Below, piece after piece: positions 42,313 to 51,650 of a stretch of DNA of 64,000 nucleotides (within the stretch, counting starts at the first letter, position 1; each line of letters begins with the position of its first letter). Position numbers and translations under genes: made by a program. Below the pieces are notes generated by a model. It saw only the letters and a list, made by a program, of their open reading frames with translations. It searched no databases and was not told where the DNA came from. This DNA is from an uncultured Thermoleophilaceae bacterium. GTDB lineage: Bacteria > Actinomycetota > Thermoleophilia > Solirubrobacterales > Thermoleophilaceae. The DNA lies in contig CAWBHC010000005.1 in assembly GCA_963788595.1 (NCBI GenBank), forward strand, positions 138,933 through 202,932, written 5' to 3'.

Positions 42313-43009
42313 TCGTCGCGTCCTCGCGACAGACGGCGTGCACCTGGAGGGTGACGATCTCGTCGTCGCCGACGGTCCTGCCGGCGCTGAGCGCCACGCG
42401 GACGCGGTGGGCGCCGGCCCTGTAGCGGTAGTCGTGATCGCGCAGCTCCGCGCGTGTGGGCCGCGAGTCGAACACCACCGCCGCACCGCCGCGCAGATTG
42501 CGCTCGCCCTCGCGGCACGCGGCCGACGCGGTCACGTCCGTGGCCGGACGGACCCGGAGTGTCTTCACGCGATGCGTGACGGCGTCGCCCCCGGCCGCGC
42601 CCCTCGCGACGCGACTGGACGACGCGCCGACGCAGCCGAGGTACGGCGCGAACGTCGACGGCTGCGTGGACGAGTTCGTGGCGAAGAAGCTTCCCTCCGG
42701 AGAGGGCCAGCCGTCCTGGAACAGACTGAGGTCGACGTTCAGCTCGTTGTTCGCAGGAGCGGTCCAGTCGGCGCCGCCGACCCTGGAGTTTCCGGGACAG
42801 CCCAGCAGATAGGTCGCCTCGCCGTCGAACCCGTTCTCCCAGCCGGGGACCGTGACCCACCGGGGGCCGGAGGTCGGGGGCGTCACGACGCACGTGTCGT
42901 TCGACGTCGCACACGGCGAGACGGCGAGTGCCGGAGCGGAGTGGGCGGCCGCGGCGGCGAGTGTGAGGGCGCCGAGGAGGACGAGGCGGCGGGCGGTGCG
43001 GGCGGGCAT
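42296..43009 (-). CDS. Secreted Cys-containing hypothetical protein
   Basis: GGAAGGAG RBS. Signal peptide MPARTARRLVLLGALTLAAAAAHSAPALA. Six Cys after the predicted signal cleavage site. No family recognised. Confidence 0.55.
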   Translation of the reverse strand: MPARTARRLVLLGALTLAAAAAHSAPALAVSPCATSNDTCVVTPPTSGPRWVTVPGWENGFDGEATYLLGCPGNSRVGGADWTAPANNELNVDLSLFQDGWPSPEGSFFATNSSTQPSTFAPYLGCVGASSSRVARGAAGGDAVTHRVKTLRVRPATDVTASAACREGERNLRGGAAVVFDSRPTRAELRDHDYRYRAGAHRVRVALSAGRTVGDDEIVTLQVHAVCREDATTTSAR

Positions 43010-43070
43010 CGAGGCTCCTTCCCTGTGGACGAGGAGCTCCGATTGTCCACCACTGGAGAGGGCGCCGAGC

Positions 43071-44114
43071 TCAGTCCGGCGCTCTGCGCCGTGCGGTCGT
43101 CGAGCGCGGCACCACCCGGTGCGGAAGCACCGTCTCGAGCTGGGTCTCCCCCGCCATCACGACGCGTCTCGCCGCGGCGGCGCCGAACTGGTACATGGGG
43201 ACGCTCACGGTCGTCATGTCGCTGAAGCGGGCGAGCCGCGTGTCGGTCATGCCCGCCACGGAGATCCGCGCCGGCACCTCGATGCGCGCCTGGCGCAGCG
43301 CGGCGAGCGCGCCCACGGCCGTCTCGTCGTTGGCGCCGACGATCGCGTCGGGCGGCTCCGCCTCGGCGATCATCTGGAGGGTGGCCGCGTAACCGCGCCC
43401 GTAGGAGAAGTCGCCCTCGACGACGAGCGGCTCGGCGCCCGCCTCCGCCATCGCCTCGCGGTACCCGTCGAGCCGGTCGCGGCTCGCGTAAAGGCCCGCC
43501 GGCCCGGCGATGAACGCGATCCGCCGGTGGCCGAGCGACAGCACGTAGTCGATGATGTCGAAGGCGGCGGCGCGGTTGTCCGCCACGATCCGCGGGCATG
43601 CGAAGTCGCGCGTGGCGAGCGCGAGCACGCGGATGCCGCGCTCGCGGGCCCGCTCGACCGCGATGCCGAGCTCGGGGCCGCGCGGGTCGTCGATGTACCC
43701 GCTCCCGGCGAAGACGATGCCCTCCGCCTGGTAGTCGCAGAGGATGGCGACCTGTGCCAGCTCGACCTCGGTGCGGCGGTCGGCGTTGCAGACGATCGTC
43801 ATGTAGCCGGCGCGGGCCGCCACGTCCTCCACACCGCGCGTTATCTCGGCGAAGTAGGCGTCCTGGATGTCGCCCACCATCACGCCGATGATGCGGCTGC
43901 GCTGGGTCACGAGCGCCCGCGCGAGCGCGCTCGGGGAGTAGCCGAGCTCGGCCGCCGCCTCGGCCACCCGCGCGCGGGTGGTTTCGGAGACGGGGTGCGC
44001 CGAGCCGTTCAGGACGCGCGACGCCGTCGCGATCGAAACGCCCGCCGCCTCCGCGACGTGGGCGAGCGAGCCCGATGAGCGCGGCCTGCTCAGCGCGTCC
44101 CTCTTCTCCGGCAA
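43071..44114 (-). CDS. LacI family transcriptional regulator
   Basis: 347 aa: LAHVAEAAGVSIATASRVLNGSAHPVSETTRARVAEAAAELGYSPSALARAL plus a periplasmic-binding-protein-like core. The TTG start overlaps the operator-like site. Confidence 0.85.
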   Translation of the reverse strand: MPEKRDALSRPRSSGSLAHVAEAAGVSIATASRVLNGSAHPVSETTRARVAEAAAELGYSPSALARALVTQRSRIIGVMVGDIQDAYFAEITRGVEDVAARAGYMTIVCNADRRTEVELAQVAILCDYQAEGIVFAGSGYIDDPRGPELGIAVERARERGIRVLALATRDFACPRIVADNRAAAFDIIDYVLSLGHRRIAFIAGPAGLYASRDRLDGYREAMAEAGAEPLVVEGDFSYGRGYAATLQMIAEAEPPDAIVGANDETAVGALAALRQARIEVPARISVAGMTDTRLARFSDMTTVSVPMYQFGAAAARRVVMAGETQLETVLPHRVVPRSTTARRRAPD

Positions 44115-44122
44115 ACGTTTTC
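44111..44122. promoter_or_regulatory. LacI-type operator-like site GCAAACGTTTTC (reverse complement GAAAACGTTTGC)
   Basis: Same AAACGTTT core as 39133-39144. A degenerate third copy, GGAAAACGATAACC, lies at 44167-44180. Confidence 0.5.
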
Positions 44123-44133
44123 AGTCTGTTCGC

Positions 44134-44163
44134 TTGACATCCCGCGACCCCCGGCAATAGCGT
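44134..44163 (+). promoter_or_regulatory. Sigma-70-like promoter TTGACA-18-TAGCGT
   Basis: TTGACA at 44134-44139 and TAGCGT at 44158-44163. RBS GGGAGGGAGG at 44182-44191. Confidence 0.45.
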
Positions 44164-44199
44164 CATGGAAAACGATAACCGGGGAGGGAGGTGTCGGCT

Positions 44200-45669
44200 A
44201 TGGCGACCGATGTGGCACAGCAGCCATGGGTCGGCAAGATCTTCGTCGACGGGGAGTTCACGGAGCCCGACGGCGGGCGCCGCTCGCCCGTCACGGACAA
44301 GGCGACGGGCGAGGAGCTGGCGCAGGCCGGCGTCGCATCCGAGGCCGACGTCGACCGCGCCGTGCGCGCGGCGAAGCGGGCGCAGCCCGGCTGGGCCGCG
44401 CTCGGCTACGACGAGCGGGCGGGCCTGCTGCGGCGCGTGGCGCGGCTGCTCGAGGACCGAGCCGCGGAGATCACGGCGCTGATCGTGCGGGAGACGGGCG
44501 GCATCCCCGGCAAGGCGGAGTACGAGGTCGGCGCCTCGCAGAACGAGCTGTACGAGGCGGCCGCGCTCACGTCGCGCGCGACCGCCGAGGTGCTCCCCTC
44601 CCACAACACCGGCAAGCTCAGCATCGTCCAGCGCGTGCCGGTCGGGGTCGTCGCGGCGATCACCCCGTGGAACTTCCCGATCGTGCTCGGCTTCCGCGTG
44701 ATCGCGCCCGCGCTCGCGCTCGGCAACACGGTCCTCCTGAAGCCGGCGCCCGAGACGCCGCTCACGGGCGCGCTGCTGATCTCGGAGCTGTTCGCCGACG
44801 CCGGCGCACCGCCCGGCGTCTTCCAGGGACTCCCCGGCGACGACGACACCGGCCGCAAGCTCGTGGCGCACCCGGACGTCGACATGATCCACTTCACGGG
44901 CTCGTCGGCCGTCGGCCGCGAGATCGCGATCCAGGCGGCCGGGGACTTCAAGCGCGTCTCGCTCGAGCTCGGCGGCAACAACGCGTACGTGGTGCTCGAC
45001 GACGCCGATCTCGACCAGGCCAGCATGATCGGCGCCTGGTCCTCCTTCCATTACTCGGGCCAGACCTGCATCACCGCGGGCCGCCACATCGTGGCCCGCA
45101 GCCTGTTCGACGACTACGTCGAGCGGATGGCCGACCGCGCGCGCGGGATCGAGGTCGGCGACCCGAGCTCGGGCGCCGTCGGGCTCGGCCCGATGATCTC
45201 CGAGGCCCAGGTCGAGCGCGGGCACAAGATCGTCGAGGACTCCGTGGCGATGGGCGCCCGCGTGGTCGAGGGCGGCACCCACGACGGCCTCTTCTACCGC
45301 CCGACCGTCGTGGTCGACGTGACGCCGGAGATGCCGGTGTGGAGCGAGGAGATCTTCGCGCCGGTCGCGCCCGTCATCGCGGTGGACGACGACGCCGCGG
45401 CGCTCGCGCTCGTCAACGACACCCCCTACGGGCTCGTCAACGCCGTGTACAGCGGGTCGCCGGCGCGCGGGCTCGCGTTCGCGGAGGGCGTGCGGTCGGG
45501 AATGGTGCACGTGAACGACACGACCGCGCTCGACGAGGCGCACGTGCCGTTCGGCGGCGTCGGGCGGTCCGGCCTCGGCGGGCGCTCGGGCGGCGAGGCG
45601 AACCTCGAGGAGTTCACGGAGCGGCGCTGGATCGGCGTGCAGCGCACGCCCGTCGAGTACCCGTACTGA
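44200..45669 (+). CDS. NAD(P)-dependent aldehyde dehydrogenase
   Basis: Intact: VAAITPWNFP...FTGSSAVGREI...LELGGNN...SGQTCITAGR...EEIFAPV...PFGGVGRSGLG. Confidence 0.9.
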   Translation: MATDVAQQPWVGKIFVDGEFTEPDGGRRSPVTDKATGEELAQAGVASEADVDRAVRAAKRAQPGWAALGYDERAGLLRRVARLLEDRAAEITALIVRETGGIPGKAEYEVGASQNELYEAAALTSRATAEVLPSHNTGKLSIVQRVPVGVVAAITPWNFPIVLGFRVIAPALALGNTVLLKPAPETPLTGALLISELFADAGAPPGVFQGLPGDDDTGRKLVAHPDVDMIHFTGSSAVGREIAIQAAGDFKRVSLELGGNNAYVVLDDADLDQASMIGAWSSFHYSGQTCITAGRHIVARSLFDDYVERMADRARGIEVGDPSSGAVGLGPMISEAQVERGHKIVEDSVAMGARVVEGGTHDGLFYRPTVVVDVTPEMPVWSEEIFAPVAPVIAVDDDAAALALVNDTPYGLVNAVYSGSPARGLAFAEGVRSGMVHVNDTTALDEAHVPFGGVGRSGLGGRSGGEANLEEFTERRWIGVQRTPVEYPY

Positions 45670-47273
45670 TGCCGGACCCTGATGTGCTGATCATCGGCGC
45701 CGGCCCGTCCGGCGCCGTCACGGCCAAGCGGCTCGCCGAGGAGGGCATGTCGGTCGTGTGCCTCGAGCAGGGCGATTGGCCCGACTACGAGCGGGCGCGC
45801 TCGGCCCACCCGGACTTCGAGCTGACCTCGGGGCAGTACTGGGCCTGGGACCCGAACGCGCGCGACGGCCCGGGCGACTACCCGATCGACGATTCTGATT
45901 CGGACATCACCGCGCTCATGTGGAACGGCGTCGGCGGCGGCTCCGTCGTGTACGCGGCGCACTGGCAGCGCAACCTGCCGTCCGACTTCCGCGTGCGCTC
46001 GCTCGATGGCGTGGCGGATGATTGGCCGCTGGGTTACGAGGAGCTCGAGCCCTTCTACGTGCGCGTGGAGAGGGACTGGGGCGTGTCCGGGCATCCGAAC
46101 GACACGGCCTTCCCGCCCGGCGAGGGGCCGCCGATGCCGCCCGTGCCCCTCTCTCCCATGGGCCGGCGCGTGGCCCGCGCGCACAACGAGCTCGGCTGGC
46201 ACTGGTGGCCCGGGCCGAACGCGATCGCCACCCGGCCCTACGGCGCGCTCAACGCATGCGTCCAGCGCGCCACCTGCCTGTGGGGCTGCGCGGACGGCGC
46301 CAAGGCCACCGTCGACCGCACCTATTGGCCGGTCAATCAGAAAGCCGGAGTCGAGCTGCGGATCCGCTCGCGCGTGCGCCGCCTCATCGTGCGCGACGAC
46401 GGCCTCGTCGAGGGCGCTGAGTACCTCGACGCCGACGGCAACGAGCACGTCCAGCGCGCCGGGGTCACGATCCTCTGCGCGAACGGCATCGGCACGCCGC
46501 GGCTGCTGTTCCTCTCGGGAGAGGGCGAGGAGGGGCTCGCCAACTCGTCCGGCTTGGTGGGCAGGCGCCTGATGCTGCACCCGTTCGGCACCGTCACCGG
46601 ATTGTTCGACGAGGACCTGGAGAGCTGGCAGGGCGTCTGGGGGCAGCACATCCACTCGCTCGAGTTCTACGAGACCGACGAGTCGCGCGGATTCGTGCGC
46701 GGCGCCAAGTGGGGCCTCCAGCCCACCGGCGGGCCGCTCTCGATGACACGCTCCTATCCATGGGGCGAGGAGAACGCAGTCTGGGGGGAGGGATTCCACC
46801 GGGAGGTCAAGCGGCGCCTCGGCCGCTCGGCGATGTGGGGGATCATCGCCGAGGACCTCCCGGAGGAATCCAACCGCGTGACGCTCGACCGCTCGACCCC
46901 GGACGCCCACGGCATCGCCGGCGTGAAGATCGACTACGCCAACTCGGAGAACTCGCAGAGCATGATGGCCTTCCACCGCGAGCGCGCGCGCGAATCGCTG
47001 CTCGCGGCCGGCGCCTACGACGTGATCATCGCCCCCTTCATCGAGGCCACCGGCTGGCACATCCTCGGGACCTGCAAGATGGGCGACGACCCGGCGACGT
47101 CGGTGGTCGACCGCTGGGGCCGCTGCCACGACGTGCCGAACCTGTTCATCTTCGACGGCTCCGTCTGGCCGACCTCGTCGGGCATGAACCCCACCGCCAC
47201 GATCGCCGCGCTCGCGCTGCGCTCCGCCGAGCACCTGGTCGAGGCCCGTCGCGACCAGCGGGTGGCCGCGTGA
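45669..47273 (+). CDS. GMC family FAD oxidoreductase
   Basis: Intact 534 aa: DVLIIGAGPSGAVTAKRLAEEGMSVVCLEQG...HILGTCKMG...LFIFDGSVWPTSSGMNPTATI. Confidence 0.9.
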   Translation: MPDPDVLIIGAGPSGAVTAKRLAEEGMSVVCLEQGDWPDYERARSAHPDFELTSGQYWAWDPNARDGPGDYPIDDSDSDITALMWNGVGGGSVVYAAHWQRNLPSDFRVRSLDGVADDWPLGYEELEPFYVRVERDWGVSGHPNDTAFPPGEGPPMPPVPLSPMGRRVARAHNELGWHWWPGPNAIATRPYGALNACVQRATCLWGCADGAKATVDRTYWPVNQKAGVELRIRSRVRRLIVRDDGLVEGAEYLDADGNEHVQRAGVTILCANGIGTPRLLFLSGEGEEGLANSSGLVGRRLMLHPFGTVTGLFDEDLESWQGVWGQHIHSLEFYETDESRGFVRGAKWGLQPTGGPLSMTRSYPWGEENAVWGEGFHREVKRRLGRSAMWGIIAEDLPEESNRVTLDRSTPDAHGIAGVKIDYANSENSQSMMAFHRERARESLLAAGAYDVIIAPFIEATGWHILGTCKMGDDPATSVVDRWGRCHDVPNLFIFDGSVWPTSSGMNPTATIAALALRSAEHLVEARRDQRVAA

Positions 47274-47659
47274 TCGACCGCGAGACCCTGTCGGCGCTCG
47301 CCGACGCCCTGATCCCCGAGGCGGACGGCATGCCCTCGGCGAGCCAGGCGGGCGCGGCGGGAGCGCTGCTCGACGAGGTGCTGGCCGTGCGGGCCGACCT
47401 CGAGGAGCCGCTCGCGGAGCTCACCGCGGCGGCGCGCGGCCGCGATCCGGCCGCCGAGATCGAGCGCCTCCAGGCCGACGATCCGCCGCTCTTCGAGGCG
47501 CTCACGACGGCCATCGCGGGGGGCTACTTCATGAGCGCGGACGTGCGCGAGCGGCTCGGCTATCCCGGGCAGCTGGCGAAGGAGCTCGAGGACGACTTCG
47601 ACCAGGAGCTGCTTCAGCCCGTGATCGACCGCGGGACGATATTCAGGCCTGCGCCTTAG
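47270..47659 (+). CDS. Gluconate 2-dehydrogenase subunit-3-like small protein
   Basis: The GTG start overlaps the GMC stop (GTGA). VIDRETLSALADALIPEADGMPSASQAG... No twin-arginine signal is visible. Confidence 0.6.
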   Translation: MIDRETLSALADALIPEADGMPSASQAGAAGALLDEVLAVRADLEEPLAELTAAARGRDPAAEIERLQADDPPLFEALTTAIAGGYFMSADVRERLGYPGQLAKELEDDFDQELLQPVIDRGTIFRPAP

Positions 47660-49412
47660 GCGGCGGCTGCTCCGGCCTGATTCCGAGCTCCTTCAGCTGG
47701 CCCGCGTCGACCGACGCCGGCGCGCCGGTCAGCGGGTCGATGCCGCTGGCGGCCTTTGGGAAGGCGATCACGTCGCGGATCGAGGCGGCGCCGGCGAGCA
47801 GGGCCACCATCCGGTCGATCCCGAACGCGATGCCGCCGTGCGGCGGGGCGCCGTAGGTGAGCGCCTCGAGCAGGAAGCCGAAGCGCTCCTTCGCCTCCTC
47901 CGGGGCGATCCCGAGCGCGTCGAAGACCTGCTGCTGGACGTCGGGCGTCGAGATCCGGATCGAGCCGCCGCCGAGCTCCCAGCCGTCGAGCACCACGTCG
48001 TACGCGCGGCTGCGCCAAGTGCCCGGGTCGGCGTCGAGGTCGCCCGTGGGGCTCGTGAACGGATGGTGGAGCGCGTCGAAGCGGCGCTCGTCCTCGTTCC
48101 ACTCGAACATCGGGAAGTCGATCACCCAGAAGATGTCGTGGCCCTGCGGCTTCCCCACCGCGACCTCGGGGCGCAGCGCGCCCAGCACCTTCGCCGCGAC
48201 GGCCGGGCTGTCGGCGACGATCAGGACCGCGTCGCCGGGCCGCGCGCCGAGCTGCTCGCCGGCGGCGCTCATCTCCTCCTCCGACAGGAACTTGGCGATC
48301 GGCGAGCGCCAGCCGCCGTCCTCTTCGACGACCGCCCAGGCGAGCCCCTTCGCGCCGAGCGACTGGGCCTTCTCGGTCAGCGCGTCGAAGCGGCTGCGCG
48401 GCCACTCGCCGCCCGCGCGGATCGCGCGCACGACGCCGCCTTTCTCGACAGCGCCCGCGAACACCTTGAACTCGCTCGCACCGAACACGTCGGAGAGGTC
48501 CTCGATCTCGACCCCGAGCCGCCGATCGGGCCGGTCCGAGCCGTAGCGCAGCAGCGCGTCGTCGTAGGTGACGCGCTCGATCGGCAGCGAGATCTCGATG
48601 CCGCCGACGGCGAGCACGCGCTGGAGCAGCCGGTCGACCGTCTCGTGGACGTCCTCCTCGTCCACGAACGCCATCTCCATGTCGAGCTGGGTGAACTCGG
48701 GCTGGCGGTCGGCGCGGAAGTCCTCGTCGCGGAAGCAGCGCGCGATCTGGAAGTAGCGCTCCATCCCGCTCATCATCAGGAGCTGCTTGAAGAGCTGCGG
48801 CGACTGCGGCAGCGCGTACCAGGAGCCGCGCACGAGCCGGCTCGGGACGAGGAAGTCGCGCGCGCCCTCGGGCGTCGAGCGCGTCATGATCGGCGTCTCG
48901 ATCTCGAGGAAGCCCTCGTCCGAGAGCGTGTCGCGGATCGCCTTGACGACGTCGTGGCGGAGGATCATGCGGTCGCGCATGGCCTCCTTGCGCAGGTCGA
49001 GGTAGCGGTAGCGCAGACGCAGCTCCTCCCCCACCGGATCGTCCTCGTCGATCTGGAAGGGCGGGGTCTCGGCGTCGGCGAGCTTGTCGAGAGCGGAGAC
49101 GACGAGCTCCACCTCGCCGGTCGGGAGGTCCGGGTTGACCGCGCTCTCGTCGCGGCGGACGAGCTTGCCGCTGGCGCTGATCACGTCCTCGCCGCGCAGG
49201 CCTCCCGCGGCGGCGTGCGCCTCGGGCGCCTCCTCGGGCCGGAAGACGAGCTGCAGCAGGCCGGTGCGGTCGCGCAGGTCGATGAAGATGAGTCCGCCGT
49301 GGTCGCGGCGGCGGTGGACCCAGCCGGCCACGCGCAGCTCGTCGCCGACGTCGCCCGCGCGCAGCTCGCCCGCCCACCTCGTCCGGTAGTCGTTGGCCCG
49401 CGGCGGCCTCAC
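47643..49412 (-). CDS. aspS: Aspartate--tRNA ligase
   Basis: Intact 589 aa: OB-fold N-terminus, class II motifs (FRDEDFRADRQPEFTQLD, GGGSIRI), GAD insertion. Confidence 0.95.
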   Translation of the reverse strand: MRPPRANDYRTRWAGELRAGDVGDELRVAGWVHRRRDHGGLIFIDLRDRTGLLQLVFRPEEAPEAHAAAGGLRGEDVISASGKLVRRDESAVNPDLPTGEVELVVSALDKLADAETPPFQIDEDDPVGEELRLRYRYLDLRKEAMRDRMILRHDVVKAIRDTLSDEGFLEIETPIMTRSTPEGARDFLVPSRLVRGSWYALPQSPQLFKQLLMMSGMERYFQIARCFRDEDFRADRQPEFTQLDMEMAFVDEEDVHETVDRLLQRVLAVGGIEISLPIERVTYDDALLRYGSDRPDRRLGVEIEDLSDVFGASEFKVFAGAVEKGGVVRAIRAGGEWPRSRFDALTEKAQSLGAKGLAWAVVEEDGGWRSPIAKFLSEEEMSAAGEQLGARPGDAVLIVADSPAVAAKVLGALRPEVAVGKPQGHDIFWVIDFPMFEWNEDERRFDALHHPFTSPTGDLDADPGTWRSRAYDVVLDGWELGGGSIRISTPDVQQQVFDALGIAPEEAKERFGFLLEALTYGAPPHGGIAFGIDRMVALLAGAASIRDVIAFPKAASGIDPLTGAPASVDAGQLKELGIRPEQPPPKAQA

Positions 49413-50647
49413 GCGAACGCCTCCCGGACGAGGGCGACGGCCTCGTCGGCGTCGGCCGCCTCGCGCTGCTCGCCGCTCGCCATGTCCTTGACGTCGATGG
49501 CGTCGCCGAGGATGACGGTGGTGCGCGCGCCGATGCGGTCGGCCTGCTTCAGCTGTCCCTTCATCGAGCGGCCGGCCTGCTCGATCTCGACTCGGATGCC
49601 CTCGTCGCGCAGCCGCTGCGCGAGCGCGAAGGCCGTGGCGACCGTGTCCGGCTTGGCGAGCGCGATGTACACGCGCTCGTCGGCCTCCGGCTCGAGCTCC
49701 GAGGCGAGCAGGATGCGCTCGATGCCCGCCGCCCAGCCGACGCCCGGCGTGGCGGGCCCGCCGAGCTGCTCGATCAGGCGGTCGTAGCGGCCGCCGCCGC
49801 CGAGCGCGGCCTGCGCGCCGAGCCGCGGCGACTCGAGCTCGAACACCGTGCGCGTGTAGTAGTCGAGCCCGCGGACGAGCGCGGAGTCGAGCTCGTACGC
49901 GAGGCCGGCGGCGTCGAGCAGCGCGCGGACCTCGGCGAAGTGCTCGGCGTCGGCCGGGTCGAGGCGATCGAGCAGGCGCGGCGCCTCGGCCATCACGGCG
50001 CGGGTGCCCTCGTGGTCGGCGTCGAAGGCGCGCAGCGGGTTCTGGTCGAGCCGCGCGCGCACCTCGTCCGAGAGCTCGTCCTCGCGCGCGCGAAGAAAAC
50101 GCTTCAGCTCCTCGATGTAGTCCGCGCGCGTCTCAGGGGTGCCGAGACTCGAGATGCGCACGCGCGCCGGGCCGGCCCCAGCCCGCTCGACGATCTCGCA
50201 GAGCAGCAGGATCAGCTCGGCGTCGATGCTCGGAGCGTCGGAGCCGAGCGCCTCCACGTTCAGCTGGGTGAACTGCCGGAAGCGTCCGGCCTGGGGCGCC
50301 TCGTGCCGAAAGAAGGGGCCCCAGGTCCAGAGCTTGACCGGCTGCGGCAGCTTGTGCATCCCGTGCTCGACGTAGGCGCGGCAGAAGGCCGCGGTCGCCT
50401 CGGGCCGCAGCGTCAGCGAGCGCCCGGCCTTGTCCTCGAAGGTGAACATCTCCTTCTGGACGATGTCCGTGGACTCCCCCACTCCGCGCGCGAACAGCTC
50501 GGTGTCCTCGAAGACGGGCGTCTCGAACGGCTCGTAGCCCGCCCGGCCGAGCACCTCCTCGCTGAGGCGCAGCAGGCGCAGGCGGCGTCGCGCGGCGGCC
50601 GGCGGGACGTCCTGGGTCCCGCGTGGCGCCTGGAGCCTCGAGCTCAC
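49409..50647 (-). CDS. hisS: Histidine--tRNA ligase
   Basis: The GTG start overlaps the MBL stop (GTGA). VSSRLQAPRGTQDVPP...LRPEATAAFCRAY...FRHEAPQAGRFRQFTQ...GGGRYD. Confidence 0.9.
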   Translation of the reverse strand: MSSRLQAPRGTQDVPPAAARRRLRLLRLSEEVLGRAGYEPFETPVFEDTELFARGVGESTDIVQKEMFTFEDKAGRSLTLRPEATAAFCRAYVEHGMHKLPQPVKLWTWGPFFRHEAPQAGRFRQFTQLNVEALGSDAPSIDAELILLLCEIVERAGAGPARVRISSLGTPETRADYIEELKRFLRAREDELSDEVRARLDQNPLRAFDADHEGTRAVMAEAPRLLDRLDPADAEHFAEVRALLDAAGLAYELDSALVRGLDYYTRTVFELESPRLGAQAALGGGGRYDRLIEQLGGPATPGVGWAAGIERILLASELEPEADERVYIALAKPDTVATAFALAQRLRDEGIRVEIEQAGRSMKGQLKQADRIGARTTVILGDAIDVKDMASGEQREAADADEAVALVREAFA

Positions 50648-51283
50648 CTCGCCAGCTCGGCGAGGAAGGGGTTGGTGGCCCGCTCCGCGCCGAGACTCGT
50701 GAGGCCCATGTGGCCCGGGTAGACGGCGGTCTCCGGCGGGAAGCGTGTCGATCAGCATGCGGATCGACTCGAGCAGGGTCCCGTGGTCGCCGTACGGCAG
50801 GTCGGTCCGGCCGATCGACTGCTGGAAGAGGACGTCGCCGGAGAAGATCGCGGACTCGTCCGGGATCGAGAAGGTCACGTGGCCCGGGCTGTGCCCGGGC
50901 GTGAACAGGACGTCGATCTCGAAGCCGGCCAGCTCGAGCTGCTCGCCGCCGCTCAGCGTGTGCTCGGCGTCGTAGGACTCGAACGGGCCGAAGCCCGACC
51001 ACGGGACGAAGCGGTTGATGTCCGCGAGCACGAACGCCTCGATCTCGGGCACCCACACCTCGGCGCCCGTGGCCCTCGCCACCTCGGCGACCGCGCCGAC
51101 GTGATCGAAGTGCGTGTGGGTGAGGAGGATGCCGTCGAGCGTCACGCCGAGCTCGTCGATCGCGCCGAGGAGCCTGCCGGCCTCGTCGCCGGGGTCGACG
51201 ATCAGGGCGCGGTCGCTGCCGTCGCGGCGGAAGATGAAGGTGTTCTCGGCGACGGGGCCGACCGTGAACATGCGCACGTCCAC
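50644..51283 (-). CDS. MBL-fold hydrolase (glyoxalase II-like). Frame break near 50731-50740.
   Basis: LLTHTHFDHVGAV...TPGHSPGHVTF..., then PETAVYPGHMGLTSLGAERATNPFLAELAR in the neighbouring frame. The track fuses it to hisS as a 624-aa ORF. Confidence 0.8.
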
Positions 51284-51285
51284 GG

Positions 51286-51636
51286 CTAGCGACCCTGCGA
51301 CTTCTTGCGAAGGCGGTAGCGGTAGATCATCGTGTCGGTGCCGTAGCCGAGCGGGATGTAGAGCAGGAACATGAGCGCGGCGAGGGCGGCGCCCGCGGCC
51401 GGGGGGCGCTTGAACAGCACGACCAGGATCACACCGAACACCGCCGCGGCGATCGCTGCGCGGTTGACCGCCGCCCTCCAGGTGGGCGGCCTGTCGAGCC
51501 GTTGGCCGCGCCGCTGGCGCGCCACCGCCTTGGCGTCCTCGCGCGTCTGAGGACGGCCGGTCCGGCCGGCTCGCTCGATCGTGCCGGCGGGAGTGCCGCG
51601 GTGCTTGCGGGTGCGCTTGCGCTTGGTCTGGGCCAT
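51286..51636 (-). CDS. Small membrane protein with a basic N-terminus
   Basis: MAQTKRKRTRKHRGTPAGTIERAGR... followed by two TM helices. Confidence 0.5.
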   Translation of the reverse strand: MAQTKRKRTRKHRGTPAGTIERAGRTGRPQTREDAKAVARQRRGQRLDRPPTWRAAVNRAAIAAAVFGVILVVLFKRPPAAGAALAALMFLLYIPLGYGTDTMIYRYRLRKKSQGR

Positions 51637-51650
51637 GAGGCGGATCGACG

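Noticed and set aside
49409-51283. 624-aa ORF suggesting an MBL-hydrolase/HisS fusion protein
   Set aside because: One frame hop near 50735 restores the normal MBL C-terminus (PETAVYPGHMGL...AELAR, then stop). That TGA overlaps a GTG start giving a normal-length HisS. The fusion is therefore an artefact of a single indel.
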